A stretch of DNA of 45,119 nucleotides from a virus (IMGVR_UViG_3300037420_001133:1-45119); one strand, 5' to 3'; positions 17,510 through 25,049 are shown, counted from the first letter of the stretch. The notes: generated by a model not told the origin, from the sequence alone. Program-made: numbers and translations.

Positions 17510-17947
17510 GTGCCAGCGGACCGCCCGATCGACCGCGCGGCTTGGGCGGAGCTCATCAACGAGCTGATCCGTACCGAGACCGCCGGCAGGAAGGCGACCT
17601 TCGCCCGCCTGGTCGGCGTCGACCCCAAGACCATCTCCCACTGGCTCGCCGGAACCGTCGATGTCGCCGAGGCCAGCGTGCGCCGCGTCGCTGACGCCCT
17701 CGGGCGCACGCCCGCCGACATGCTTATCCGGGTCGGCTACTACCGCGCGGACGAGTTCTCCAGTACCCGCGACGAGGAACCGGCGGAGCGGGACGAAGAG
17801 GTCGAGGAGATCATGCGGTCGAACCTGCCGATCGCCATCAAGCGCGACCTCCTCCAGGTCCTCGCGGAGGAGCGAAAGCGGGACAAGGAGCGACGGCAGG
17901 AGAACATGCGCCGGTTGATCCAGGCGCAGCGTCGGCGGACCGGCTGA
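17510..17947 (+). CDS. Immunity repressor (XRE HTH)
   Basis: KATFARLVGVDPKTISHWLAG HTH; leaderless GTG 6 nt after TATGAT; coupled to integrase. Confidence 0.85.
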   Translation: MPADRPIDRAAWAELINELIRTETAGRKATFARLVGVDPKTISHWLAGTVDVAEASVRRVADALGRTPADMLIRVGYYRADEFSSTRDEEPAERDEEVEEIMRSNLPIAIKRDLLQVLAEERKRDKERRQENMRRLIQAQRRRTG

Positions 17948-19107
17948 TGGCCTGGATCCGCCAGCTCGACTCCGGGCTGTGGGCGGCCACCGTCTACACC
18001 CCGGCCGGGAGGATCACCGAGTCGTTCCGGCTGAAGGGCTCAGCCGAGAACTGGGCCGCCAACCTCAAGGCCGACATCGACCGCGGGGAGTTCATCGACC
18101 CCCGCAAGGCGATGACCACAGTGGACGAGATCTGGACGAAGCACAGCGGCGCCCGCAGGTTGGAGCGCGCCAGCCGCAAGCGCGACGAGTCGATCTACAA
18201 GAACCACGTCGCGCCACGCTGGGGCAAGCTCCCGGTCGGGGCCATCCTGAAACCCGATGTGCAGGCGTGGGTCAACAAGATGGAGGAGGACGGTGTCGGC
18301 GGCTGGGTCATCATCGCCGCGCTGAACGTCCTCAAGGCCGCACTGGAGCTCGCCGTCGACGGCGCCTACCTCCGCCACAACGCCGCCCGACGTGTCCAAC
18401 CGCCGATCCCGCCGCAGCACGTCGATCGGGTCCTCACACCCGACGAGCAGGATCTCCTCCTGGCCCGGTTCGACGAGCTGTTCCCGGGCCGGCGGGACGC
18501 GCGGCTGTTCGTCGAGGGATTGTTGGAGACCGGCGGCAGGTGGGAGGAGGTCGCCGCGGTGAAGCGGGAGGCGGTGAACCTCCGCCACCTGCTCGTCGAC
18601 CTCGGTCCGGTGTTGGAGCGGGACGGCACGATCCGCGACTACCCGAAGGGGGCGCGGTCGAGGCACGCCGCCGGCTTCCGGTCGGCGCCGATCAGCCAGG
18701 ACTACGCGAACCGGCTGCGGCCGATCGTGCTCGCCACTCCCCCGGGTGGCCTCATCTTCACCGCACCGCAGGGCGGGCCGCTGGACTACTCGCGGTGGCA
18801 CGACCGGGTGTGGTCGAAGGGCCTGCGCGCGGAGTACATAGGTCCGCCGCCGCAGCGCCGGCCCGGCCAGCGGGGGCCGCTCAAAACCCCCGTCGGACCG
18901 CTGCTCCTGGACGACCCGCAGCCCACGCCGCACGACCTGCGGCACACCGTCGGCACGGAACTGGCCGAGGGTGGGGTGCCGGAGCACGACCGGATGGAGC
19001 TGATGGGGCACAAGGACGCGCGGTCGGCGAGGCGCTACGTCCACTCGTCGGACGAGCGGTTCGAGCGCGCCCGGCAGGCCCGCGCGAGGAAGTCCAGCGG
19101 ATCATGA
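17947..19107 (+). CDS. int: Tyrosine integrase
   Basis: TGGRWEE (R), YPKG (K), HDLRH, MGH, RRYVH (Y). Confidence 0.97.
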   Translation: MAWIRQLDSGLWAATVYTPAGRITESFRLKGSAENWAANLKADIDRGEFIDPRKAMTTVDEIWTKHSGARRLERASRKRDESIYKNHVAPRWGKLPVGAILKPDVQAWVNKMEEDGVGGWVIIAALNVLKAALELAVDGAYLRHNAARRVQPPIPPQHVDRVLTPDEQDLLLARFDELFPGRRDARLFVEGLLETGGRWEEVAAVKREAVNLRHLLVDLGPVLERDGTIRDYPKGARSRHAAGFRSAPISQDYANRLRPIVLATPPGGLIFTAPQGGPLDYSRWHDRVWSKGLRAEYIGPPPQRRPGQRGPLKTPVGPLLLDDPQPTPHDLRHTVGTELAEGGVPEHDRMELMGHKDARSARRYVHSSDERFERARQARARKSSGS

Positions 19108-19331
19108 TGAGTTGCCTGTGAGTTAGGATCATGGAACACGACTGACATGCCTGACATTGCTGACACAGATTCGCGCAGGTCAGGCAGGGTGCGAATCCCC
19201 CGCCGCAGGTCCCGGGCTCGCCCTCAATTCCCTGACACGGAAGAGGTCACTGGTTCAATCCCAGTATCGCCCACCAGCACAAACACCCACTTGAAGATCG
19301 TCACCACAGAGATCATGAGTTGCCTGTGAGT
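19107..19331. other. attP site with arm-type repeats
   Basis: 17-bp direct repeat ATGAGTTGCCTGTGAGT at 19107-19123 and 19315-19331 flanks the tRNA core; 9-bp-period CTGACA triplet at 19142-19165. Confidence 0.85.
19228..19276 (+). pseudogene. 3' half of tRNA-Val(GAC), the attP common core
   Basis: TTCC-CTGACAC-GGAA anticodon arm, CTGG-TTCAATC-CCAG T-arm, TCGCCCACCA end; 5' half absent. Confidence 0.9.
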
Positions 19332-19373
19332 CACGGCCCCGAGGTCCAGGGGGCCGGACTCCACAGTGGACGA

Positions 19374-19799
19374 TCAGCGATCCTCACCCATCCGGCGCCG
19401 CAGGCCGAGACGGTAAGCCTCCTTGGTCATGGACCGGACGGTTGGGTCATCCTCAGCCGGCAGGAGGCTCTGGCTCTCCAGTAGAGTGCGTTGCCGCTTC
19501 GTGATGAGTTCGAGCTGCTCCTTCAATTCGCCGTGCCGCCGCGTGTTGGCCCGGTTGAGCAGGTACACCGCCACCAGGAAGGTCGCGGCCATGACAGCGA
19601 CGCCGGCCATGGTGAGCACCACCCGGCCACGATCCACCGGGAACCGCTCAGGGTCGAAGATGAGCAGCAGCGACAAGCCCGCGGCGGTGAACACCACGCA
19701 CAGGACGGTCAGGAGCGGGGCGTCGACCTCGCGGGGGCGAGAGTCGTAGTGCTGGGCTTCGAGCCGGCGGATCTCGTCGGCGTCATAGATGATGGACAC
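19374..19799 (-). CDS. Two-TM membrane protein
   Basis: Two hydrophobic helices; GAGGAGG SD. Confidence 0.75.
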   Translation of the reverse strand: MSIIYDADEIRRLEAQHYDSRPREVDAPLLTVLCVVFTAAGLSLLLIFDPERFPVDRGRVVLTMAGVAVMAATFLVAVYLLNRANTRRHGELKEQLELITKRQRTLLESQSLLPAEDDPTVRSMTKEAYRLGLRRRMGEDR

Positions 19800-20150
19800 G
19801 GGTTGGTGGCCTCCTCGGTCGCCTCGATGCGTCCAGGCCGCTCGCGTGCTCCCCCCGCGATAGGTCTGCTGAGATCACTGACCGTACGTCCGGGTTCAGC
19901 CCAGCGCGATCACCCGTTCGGCTCAAGCCCGATACTTTCGCACTAGCTGACCTGGGTCCGATCATCGACCTTGCCGTCGAGGCAACACCCACCACGTGGT
20001 CTCATGGAGACCCCCGGTCGGCCAGGTAGGGGAGCTACCTATGTCGACCGGGGGCCGCTGTCTCCCGGGGTCTGCAACGGGACGCGCGTCGTCGGAACGT
20101 CAGACGCTTACCCCCTATAGCGGGGATCGGGGCAGCAGTGTTACAGCGAT

Positions 20151-20612
20151 CTAGTGGACGTAGCCCAACTGGACACATGCGGTCCGGAACTCCATCAAGG
20201 GACCCAGCGCGCGAAGGTCCCGCTCCCCCGGTGTGAGGACTCCCGCGATCTGCTGCGTGTTGACGTGGGTCCACGTGTCAGCGAGAGCGTCGCCACGGAC
20301 GACCAGCTCGGTGTGGGTTGAGTGGATCGAGTGGGTGTGGATCGTATCCACAATGACCGCGTCGACGAAGCCCGGCCGGGACTGGTTCCAGTTGTCGGCG
20401 ATCTCGCACGCCTTCTTGCCCTCGGCGTCGGATTTCGTCGCGGGCTGGTGATGGAACGCGGCGAATAGGAGGCCGCCGCCGGCGGCGACCACGAGGGCCG
20501 CAGCGGCGACCGCGAGGAGCATCCCGGCTCGGCGGCGCGGCCCGGGTTGGCTGACCGGGTATTCGGTGTCGGCTGACGCGATCCAGGGATCGTGGCGGGG
20601 GTTGTCGGTCAT
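20151..20612 (-). CDS. Membrane-anchored/exported protein
   Basis: RRR followed by a hydrophobic helix; two Cys in the exported part; leaderless ATG 7 nt after TACCGT. Confidence 0.75.
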   Translation of the reverse strand: MTDNPRHDPWIASADTEYPVSQPGPRRRAGMLLAVAAAALVVAAGGGLLFAAFHHQPATKSDAEGKKACEIADNWNQSRPGFVDAVIVDTIHTHSIHSTHTELVVRGDALADTWTHVNTQQIAGVLTPGERDLRALGPLMEFRTACVQLGYVH

Positions 20613-20661
20613 GCCGGGCACGGTAACCCGACGTGTCGAGCCGGTGACCTCGGTTGATCGG

Positions 20662-20877
20662 TCAGCGCTTTGTCACGAATCTGCCCTCGCCTTGCCGACC
20701 CTCGATAAGGCCCTCGGCGGTGAGCCACATCAGGGCAGTGCGGAGCGTGCCATAGCTGACCTCGTACTCAGCCATGAGCTGTTCGGTCGTCGGCAGTTGC
20801 TCGCCCGGCTTTATTTGGCCGGTGCGGATCTTCTCGCGGATGGCGTTCGCCACCCGCTCGTACTTGGGTGCAGGCAC
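20662..20877 (-). CDS. GntR-family wHTH regulator (DNA-binding domain only; alternative start 20916)
   Basis: YERVA..IR..I..G...PGEQLPT..QL...Y.VS..T.R.AL..L..EGL...QG.G.FV. Confidence 0.92.
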   Translation of the reverse strand: MPAPKYERVANAIREKIRTGQIKPGEQLPTTEQLMAEYEVSYGTLRTALMWLTAEGLIEGRQGEGRFVTKR

Positions 20878-20952
20878 GGCGGTCTCCCTGGGTCGCACCG
20901 CAAGTAGATCACCCATGGCGCCTCCTGATCAACCAAGTCGTCACAGTCTACC

Positions 20953-20983
20953 TGTCGACAGTGTCGACAGTGTCGACTACCCT
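20953..20983. promoter_or_regulatory. Tandem palindromic operator array with -10 element
   Basis: TGTCGAC(A) x3 at a 9-bp period (20953, 20962, 20971), followed by TACCCT 20978-20983. Confidence 0.65.
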
Positions 20984-20989
20984 CGGCAA

Positions 20990-21080
20990 GAGTCTTCCCT
21001 GGGTCGCAACCGGGAAGACGAGGAAAGCGCGGCGGCCGGCCGGGTCTGCATCGGGCCGGCCGCCGCCCCCGGGGCGGAGG
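20990..21080 (+). ncRNA. Candidate structured leader/antisense RNA divergent from gntR
   Basis: Hairpins CTTCCC..GGGAAG (20994-21017) and a 13-bp GC stem (21029-21066); carries a copy of the gntR start-region sequence. Confidence 0.45.
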
Positions 21081-21085
21081 ACTCC

Positions 21086-21217
21086 ATGCGCTGGCTCACC
21101 CGGCTCTTGCACCGGCGACCCCGTCACGCCCGGGACCTGGAGCACACCGCCCCCAACGGGGACCGGGTGCGCCTGGGGATCCCGCGGGAGATGCTGATGC
21201 GGCGGGAGTGGCGATGA
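21086..21217 (+). CDS. Small basic protein (43 aa)
   Basis: GGAGG SD; ATGA coupling to the next ORF. Confidence 0.55.
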   Translation: MRWLTRLLHRRPRHARDLEHTAPNGDRVRLGIPREMLMRREWR

Positions 21218-21378
21218 GCTACAACAGCGGACCGTGCGACGAGGACTGGGATCCGCAGGAGCGTGATGTCGTAGTCCCGAGCGACGATGAGCGGATGCCT
21301 CGGCGGGAACGGTGGCAGCCGAACCAGCGTGGGGAGCTGTATCCGGTGCGGGATTGGCCGGAGTTGGACGCTGAGTGA
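21214..21378 (+). CDS. Small acidic protein (54 aa, not in ORF track)
   Basis: Hand translation MSYNSGPCDEDWDPQ...DWPELDAE; GGGAG SD. Confidence 0.5.
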   Translation: MSYNSGPCDEDWDPQERDVVVPSDDERMPRRERWQPNQRGELYPVRDWPELDAE

Positions 21379-21550
21379 CGGAATCCGCCGCTTCTCTCGT
21401 TGCGGTTTGTCCGTTCGTGGTGTCGTGTGGCTGACAGGTGTCCGGTTCGGGTAGATGTGGATATCCACCGTCTGGTCGAATCTCCACGCTGATCGAGAGC
21501 GGTTCGGACATAGCGGAACGTCCGATGTGGACAGTCTAAGGTGGACAGTT

Positions 21551-21760
21551 CTACGCGCCGTGATCCTGCCCGGATTTGTCCCAATCCTTGCGGACGTCAT
21601 CCGGGGTCGGCATCGGCTCCCCGGTGACGAACCGGCGCAGCACCGAGGAGATGACCCGCGCCCGCCAGCCGGCGCCCATCGTATCGTCGACCTGTTTGAG
21701 CAGGTCAGACGGCTGCGGTCGATAGATGTAGCCGGGTGTGAGGTGCCGGTCTTTCGCCAT
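21551..21760 (-). CDS. RHH-like small regulator
   Basis: YIYRP...LLKQVD.....RARVISSVLRRFV; leaderless ATG 6 nt after TAGTCT. Confidence 0.65.
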   Translation of the reverse strand: MAKDRHLTPGYIYRPQPSDLLKQVDDTMGAGWRARVISSVLRRFVTGEPMPTPDDVRKDWDKSGQDHGA

Positions 21761-21776
21761 GCGAGCAGACTAGCGC

Positions 21777-21814
21777 GTGGATATCCATCCGTGCTAGCGT
21801 GAGTGGATATCCAC
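21777..21814. promoter_or_regulatory. Divergent promoter with GTGGATATCCAC operators
   Basis: Palindrome at 21777-21788 (1 mismatch) and 21803-21814, third copy at 21457-21468; -10 TAGCGT 21795-21800. Confidence 0.75.
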
Positions 21815-21827
21815 ACAGGAGGTAGAG

Positions 21828-22076
21828 ATGCCCACCAACACCGAGACCCTGATCGCCAGCCTCACCGCAGTCGGCGAGAGCGGTGGCTGGTACGCCGACA
21901 GCGCGGACAGCCGGTACGTGGACTGGAGCAGCCGAACCAGCGAGGGCGAGTACGTGATGGAGGTCGGCGTCACCGACGGCGACATTGAGACCGTGCGGTT
22001 CGAGATGACCCGCGACGAGTTGGTGGCCCTGCACGCCGCGCTGACCCTGACCCTGCTCGCGAACCAGGAGGCGTGA
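21828..22076 (+). CDS. Hypothetical protein
   Basis: AGGAGG SD. Confidence 0.8.
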   Translation: MPTNTETLIASLTAVGESGGWYADSADSRYVDWSSRTSEGEYVMEVGVTDGDIETVRFEMTRDELVALHAALTLTLLANQEA

Positions 22077-22077
22077 G

Positions 22078-22368
22078 ATGACCGCACTGACCAAGCAGGC
22101 TCGCGAGACCATCAAGAACTACTGGATCGACCTCGGCGACAAGGGCATCCGGCACCTGACGATCGCCGGCTACGTCCGGTACCAGGGCTACGACAGCGTG
22201 GCCGCGTGGGGTGGAGACGTCTGCGGCTGCCCGGACGATCGGTGCGCGAACGGCTTCCACCACTCCGGCGTGGACGACTGCGGCTGCCTGCCGGTGCTGC
22301 TCGATCAGTACGCCGATGGACTGCGGCGCGGCTTCACGTCGTTCCTTGACGAGCTCGGTGCCCGCTGA
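22078..22368 (+). CDS. Cys-rich hypothetical protein
   Basis: WGGDVCGCPDDRC..FHH....CGCL; AGGAGG SD. Confidence 0.8.
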   Translation: MTALTKQARETIKNYWIDLGDKGIRHLTIAGYVRYQGYDSVAAWGGDVCGCPDDRCANGFHHSGVDDCGCLPVLLDQYADGLRRGFTSFLDELGAR

Positions 22369-22431
22369 CTTCCCCCCGGTCCCGGTCCGTCTTCCCCCTC
22401 GGCCCGGGACACAACCTTAGAAGGAGCAACG

Positions 22432-22611
22432 ATGGACCGGCAGCCCGGTTGGATCGTTCCCCAAGCCGAGAAGGCGCTGCGGGACTTCGGTGCCAGAACC
22501 AAGGCGGACGCCCGACGCCTCCTGCCGTCATGGGTGCACTACCCCGAGATGCGGGAGCAGGACATCCGCAACCTGCTGAAGCTGTTCGACGAAGAGGGAG
22601 GGGGACTGTGA
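22432..22611 (+). CDS. Hypothetical protein (59 aa, not in ORF track)
   Basis: AAGGAG SD; MDRQPGWIVPQ...LFDEEGGGL. Confidence 0.65.
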   Translation: MDRQPGWIVPQAEKALRDFGARTKADARRLLPSWVHYPEMREQDIRNLLKLFDEEGGGL

Positions 22612-22828
22612 GCAGCCGTGAAGCCCTCGCGCGGATGCTGTGGGCTGAGATCGCCAGCAGCGACCAGCGGCAATGTGACGTCGCCGAATCGGTAGGCGTC
22701 ACCGAGAAGCACCTGAGCCAGATCATCAACGGCCATTCCGGCGTCTCGCTCGATCTCGCGGACCGGCTCCTCCGAGCGCCGCAGCGAAGGTGCGCGCAGA
22801 GGCTGCCAGGTTCGGCATCACGCTGTAG
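22608..22828 (+). pseudogene. XRE/HigA-like HTH gene, apparently broken near 22775
   Basis: QCDVAESVGVTEKHLSQIING..SLDLADRLL; this frame runs through the terminator, while another frame ends AKVRAEAARFGITL-TAG at 22828. Confidence 0.55.
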
Positions 22829-22840
22829 CGACGCCAAAGA

Positions 22841-22869
22841 GCGGCCCGCCCCCCGAAGGGACGGGCCGC
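22841..22869. terminator. Bidirectional intrinsic terminator
   Basis: GCGGCCCG..CGGGCCGC stem between convergent units, with pyrimidine-rich tails on both strands. Confidence 0.75.
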
Positions 22870-22915
22870 GTCTTCGTCTCGGTTGTTCCGTAGGTTGTCC
22901 GCCTACGGTCGGGGT

Positions 22916-23278
22916 CTACTTCCCCACGTACTGACCGGTGACACCGGCCGGTGCCTTGCGGGTGGAACTGGCCGGCGCGACGGTCACGCCGAGCGCGGCG
23001 AACACCGCCAGCCCGACGGTGATCCAGCCGGACGCGGTGATGGGGCCGCTGATGAGCGGTACGAGCGCGGTCTCGCCGGCGATGAACACGCCGACCACGG
23101 TCTTCTCCCAGCCGCGCGACGGGTCCAGCGGCACCACGTACGTCAGGACGGCGCCGGTGCCGACGATGACGATCGCCAGAATCTCGCTGCGGTCGATGCC
23201 GCCGGAGGCCGCGGACTGTGCCGCGACCGCTACTGCCGCGATCACGTACATGATCGCCTTGCCGTACTTCGACCACAT
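22916..23278 (-). CDS. Holin-like membrane protein
   Basis: Four hydrophobic segments forming two similar halves; last gene of the late operon. Confidence 0.75.
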   Translation of the reverse strand: MWSKYGKAIMYVIAAVAVAAQSAASGGIDRSEILAIVIVGTGAVLTYVVPLDPSRGWEKTVVGVFIAGETALVPLISGPITASGWITVGLAVFAALGVTVAPASSTRKAPAGVTGQYVGK

Positions 23279-23281
23279 AGG

Positions 23282-24115
23282 TCAGCCTCCGAGAGACTTG
23301 ATGAACTTCTCGATCTCCCCGGCGAGGTGCCGGAGGAACTTGACCAGCGCATCCGTCGGCGATGGCGGGGCTGGCGGTACCGGTACGGGCGCCGGCTGGG
23401 TCAGCGGGGTGAAGATGGTGACGTCCCCCTGCTGCGCGAGCAGGTCCCCGAAGTCGGTGAAGGACAGGTAGAACCGGCCGTTCAGGCCCCAGCCCTCACC
23501 CCAGGAGTTCGTGAACCAGACCCGCTGCCGTTCGGCGTCGATCTCGTCGGCGCAGATCTCGTGCCCGCCCGCGACGGACCCGGTGGGGTGGACGCGGCCG
23601 TCGGCGTCCGGGTTGAACATGTCGTTCGTCCACGGGATACCGACGATCGCCGGAGTGACCCCGAGGGCCTTGAGCGCGTCGTCCCGGCTGAAGGTGTGCT
23701 GGTAGCCGGAGATCTGCCCGTGCGCCTTGAGCACCTTGGCGATGGTCAACCCGTCAGATCCGGTGTCCGTGGGGGGCCACTGCCCCGGGTAGTCGTCGGC
23801 CGCGGTGGCGTCGGAGTAGAGCTGGACCGCGCCTTCTTCGGTGAATGGGTACGCGCCCTGGCCGACGAGCAGCGGTTGCAGGCGGGACGGCACCGTCGCG
23901 TAGAACGGGTCCGTTCCCAGGCACCCGATCCCCGCGTTTCCCGTGCAGGAGCCGAGCTGCCCCTGGTCGAGGACTGGGATTCGGCGGGTGTGCTTTGCTG
24001 AGACGATCGAGAGGCCGGAGGTGTCGAAGGCGTACGCGCGGGACCGGTCGTCGTGGCGGACGTGCCGGTTCAGGCGGGGGTCGGTCGACGGGATGCGCCG
24101 GATGGTGACGGTCAC
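23282..24115 (-). CDS. Papain-like (C1) cysteine peptidase
   Basis: LDQGQLGSCTG (Q,C), GGHE (H), TNSWG..WG..G (N); GTG 24115 coupled. Confidence 0.88.
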   Translation of the reverse strand: MTVTIRRIPSTDPRLNRHVRHDDRSRAYAFDTSGLSIVSAKHTRRIPVLDQGQLGSCTGNAGIGCLGTDPFYATVPSRLQPLLVGQGAYPFTEEGAVQLYSDATAADDYPGQWPPTDTGSDGLTIAKVLKAHGQISGYQHTFSRDDALKALGVTPAIVGIPWTNDMFNPDADGRVHPTGSVAGGHEICADEIDAERQRVWFTNSWGEGWGLNGRFYLSFTDFGDLLAQQGDVTIFTPLTQPAPVPVPPAPPSPTDALVKFLRHLAGEIEKFIKSLGG

Positions 24116-24258
24116 GGCCGGCGTACCCACGGGATGCCGATGCCCAGGAGCAGGTGGGCGGCGACGAACACGAGCCCGAGGATGACCAGGTCGATGCTGC
24201 CGAGGTGGACGCCGAACAGGGCGAGAATGAAGCAGATAAGGGCGAGCAGCGCGAACAC
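24112..24258 (-). CDS. Small two-TM membrane protein (48 aa)
   Basis: GTG 24258 with GGGAG SD; almost entirely hydrophobic. Confidence 0.75.
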   Translation of the reverse strand: MFALLALICFILALFGVHLGSIDLVILGLVFVAAHLLLGIGIPWVRRP

Positions 24259-24271
24259 TTCCCGACTCCCT

Positions 24272-24288
24272 TCGAACAGATGTACGAT
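24272..24288 (+). promoter_or_regulatory. LexA (SOS) box overlapping a -10 element
   Basis: TCGAACAGATGTACGA versus actinobacterial consensus TCGAAC-N4-GTTCGA (1 mismatch); TACGAT 24283-24288. Confidence 0.75.
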
Positions 24289-24294
24289 CCGTGG

Positions 24295-24534
24295 ATGGCT
24301 GAGGTCGGCGAGTGGGAGCCATGGTTCAATCCGCGCACGAAGCGTCAGGAGTACCGGCTGGTGCTGCCGAAGCACTGCCGTAACGGCCATGCCCTGATAC
24401 CGGGTGTCATCCACCTGACCCACCGGGGATGCCTCTGTCGCGGGCCCATCGGTCACACCGTCGTCATGTGCCTGACATGCGGGGATGAGCAGCAGCTACC
24501 GACCTGTCTACGGGCAGCCGAACCCGACCCGTAG
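24295..24534 (+). CDS. Small Cys/His-rich (Zn-binding) protein, leaderless, putatively SOS-induced
   Basis: ATG 6 nt after TACGAT; CRNGH...CLC...GH....CLTC......C; fills a gap in the minus-strand operon. Confidence 0.75.
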   Translation: MAEVGEWEPWFNPRTKRQEYRLVLPKHCRNGHALIPGVIHLTHRGCLCRGPIGHTVVMCLTCGDEQQLPTCLRAAEPDP

Positions 24535-24768
24535 GTTGTGCATGTCCGCCGCAATCTGCCGGCCCGTCGGCGACGTCGGCGGGTTCTGCCGGTAGGCGTC
24601 GTCGAGGTTGGAAAGCAGCGCGCACCAACGCCGGTCATCATCGCGGTGGACCCGCGCCACGTACGCGATCGTCAACCCCAGCGCCAGGCCGAACGATACG
24701 ATCACCATCAGGACCGACGCCCAAGCCCGGATCGCCCCGGTCGGCGTGAAGATGCGCAACGGCTTCAC
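24508..24768 (-). CDS. Membrane protein of lysis cassette
   Basis: GTG 24768; one TM, then WCALL..LD.AY..PPT.P.GR..A......FGC. Confidence 0.75.
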   Translation of the reverse strand: MKPLRIFTPTGAIRAWASVLMVIVSFGLALGLTIAYVARVHRDDDRRWCALLSNLDDAYRQNPPTSPTGRQIAADMHNLRVGFGCP

Positions 24769-24787
24769 GACTTGATCACCGCCAGTG

Positions 24788-25036
24788 CTATGACCCAGGC
24801 GACTGCGACGAAGAGGGAGATGGCGATGGCCCAACGGCTGTAGGCGTGGGCGCTGTGTCCGGCGGGTTGCGCATGCGCCACACCGAGTTGAGCGCCGCCG
24901 GACCGAGCAGCAGCCCGATCGACACCCACACGCGGACCATGTTCGGGCTGCCGATGAGGAACAGCTCGTGAACCATCCCGGCCGACCCGAGGACGAGCAT
25001 CACCAGGTCGCGCAGCAGCGGAACTGTAACCCTCAC
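24788..25036 (-). CDS. Two-TM membrane protein (holin-like)
   Basis: Two hydrophobic helices and a Pro/Ser tail; follows the endolysin. Confidence 0.7.
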   Translation of the reverse strand: MRVTVPLLRDLVMLVLGSAGMVHELFLIGSPNMVRVWVSIGLLLGPAALNSVWRMRNPPDTAPTPTAVGPSPSPSSSQSPGS

Positions 25037-25049
25037 GCACGCCTACGCC

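Noticed and set aside
19228-19276. Functional phage tRNA-Val
   Set aside because: The 5' acceptor strand and D-arm are absent; it is the attP core.
19356-19370. 15-bp exact match GGACTCCACAGTGGA with 39246-39260
   Set aside because: One 15-mer match is plausible by chance in 45 kb, the second copy is coding, and no third copy was seen.
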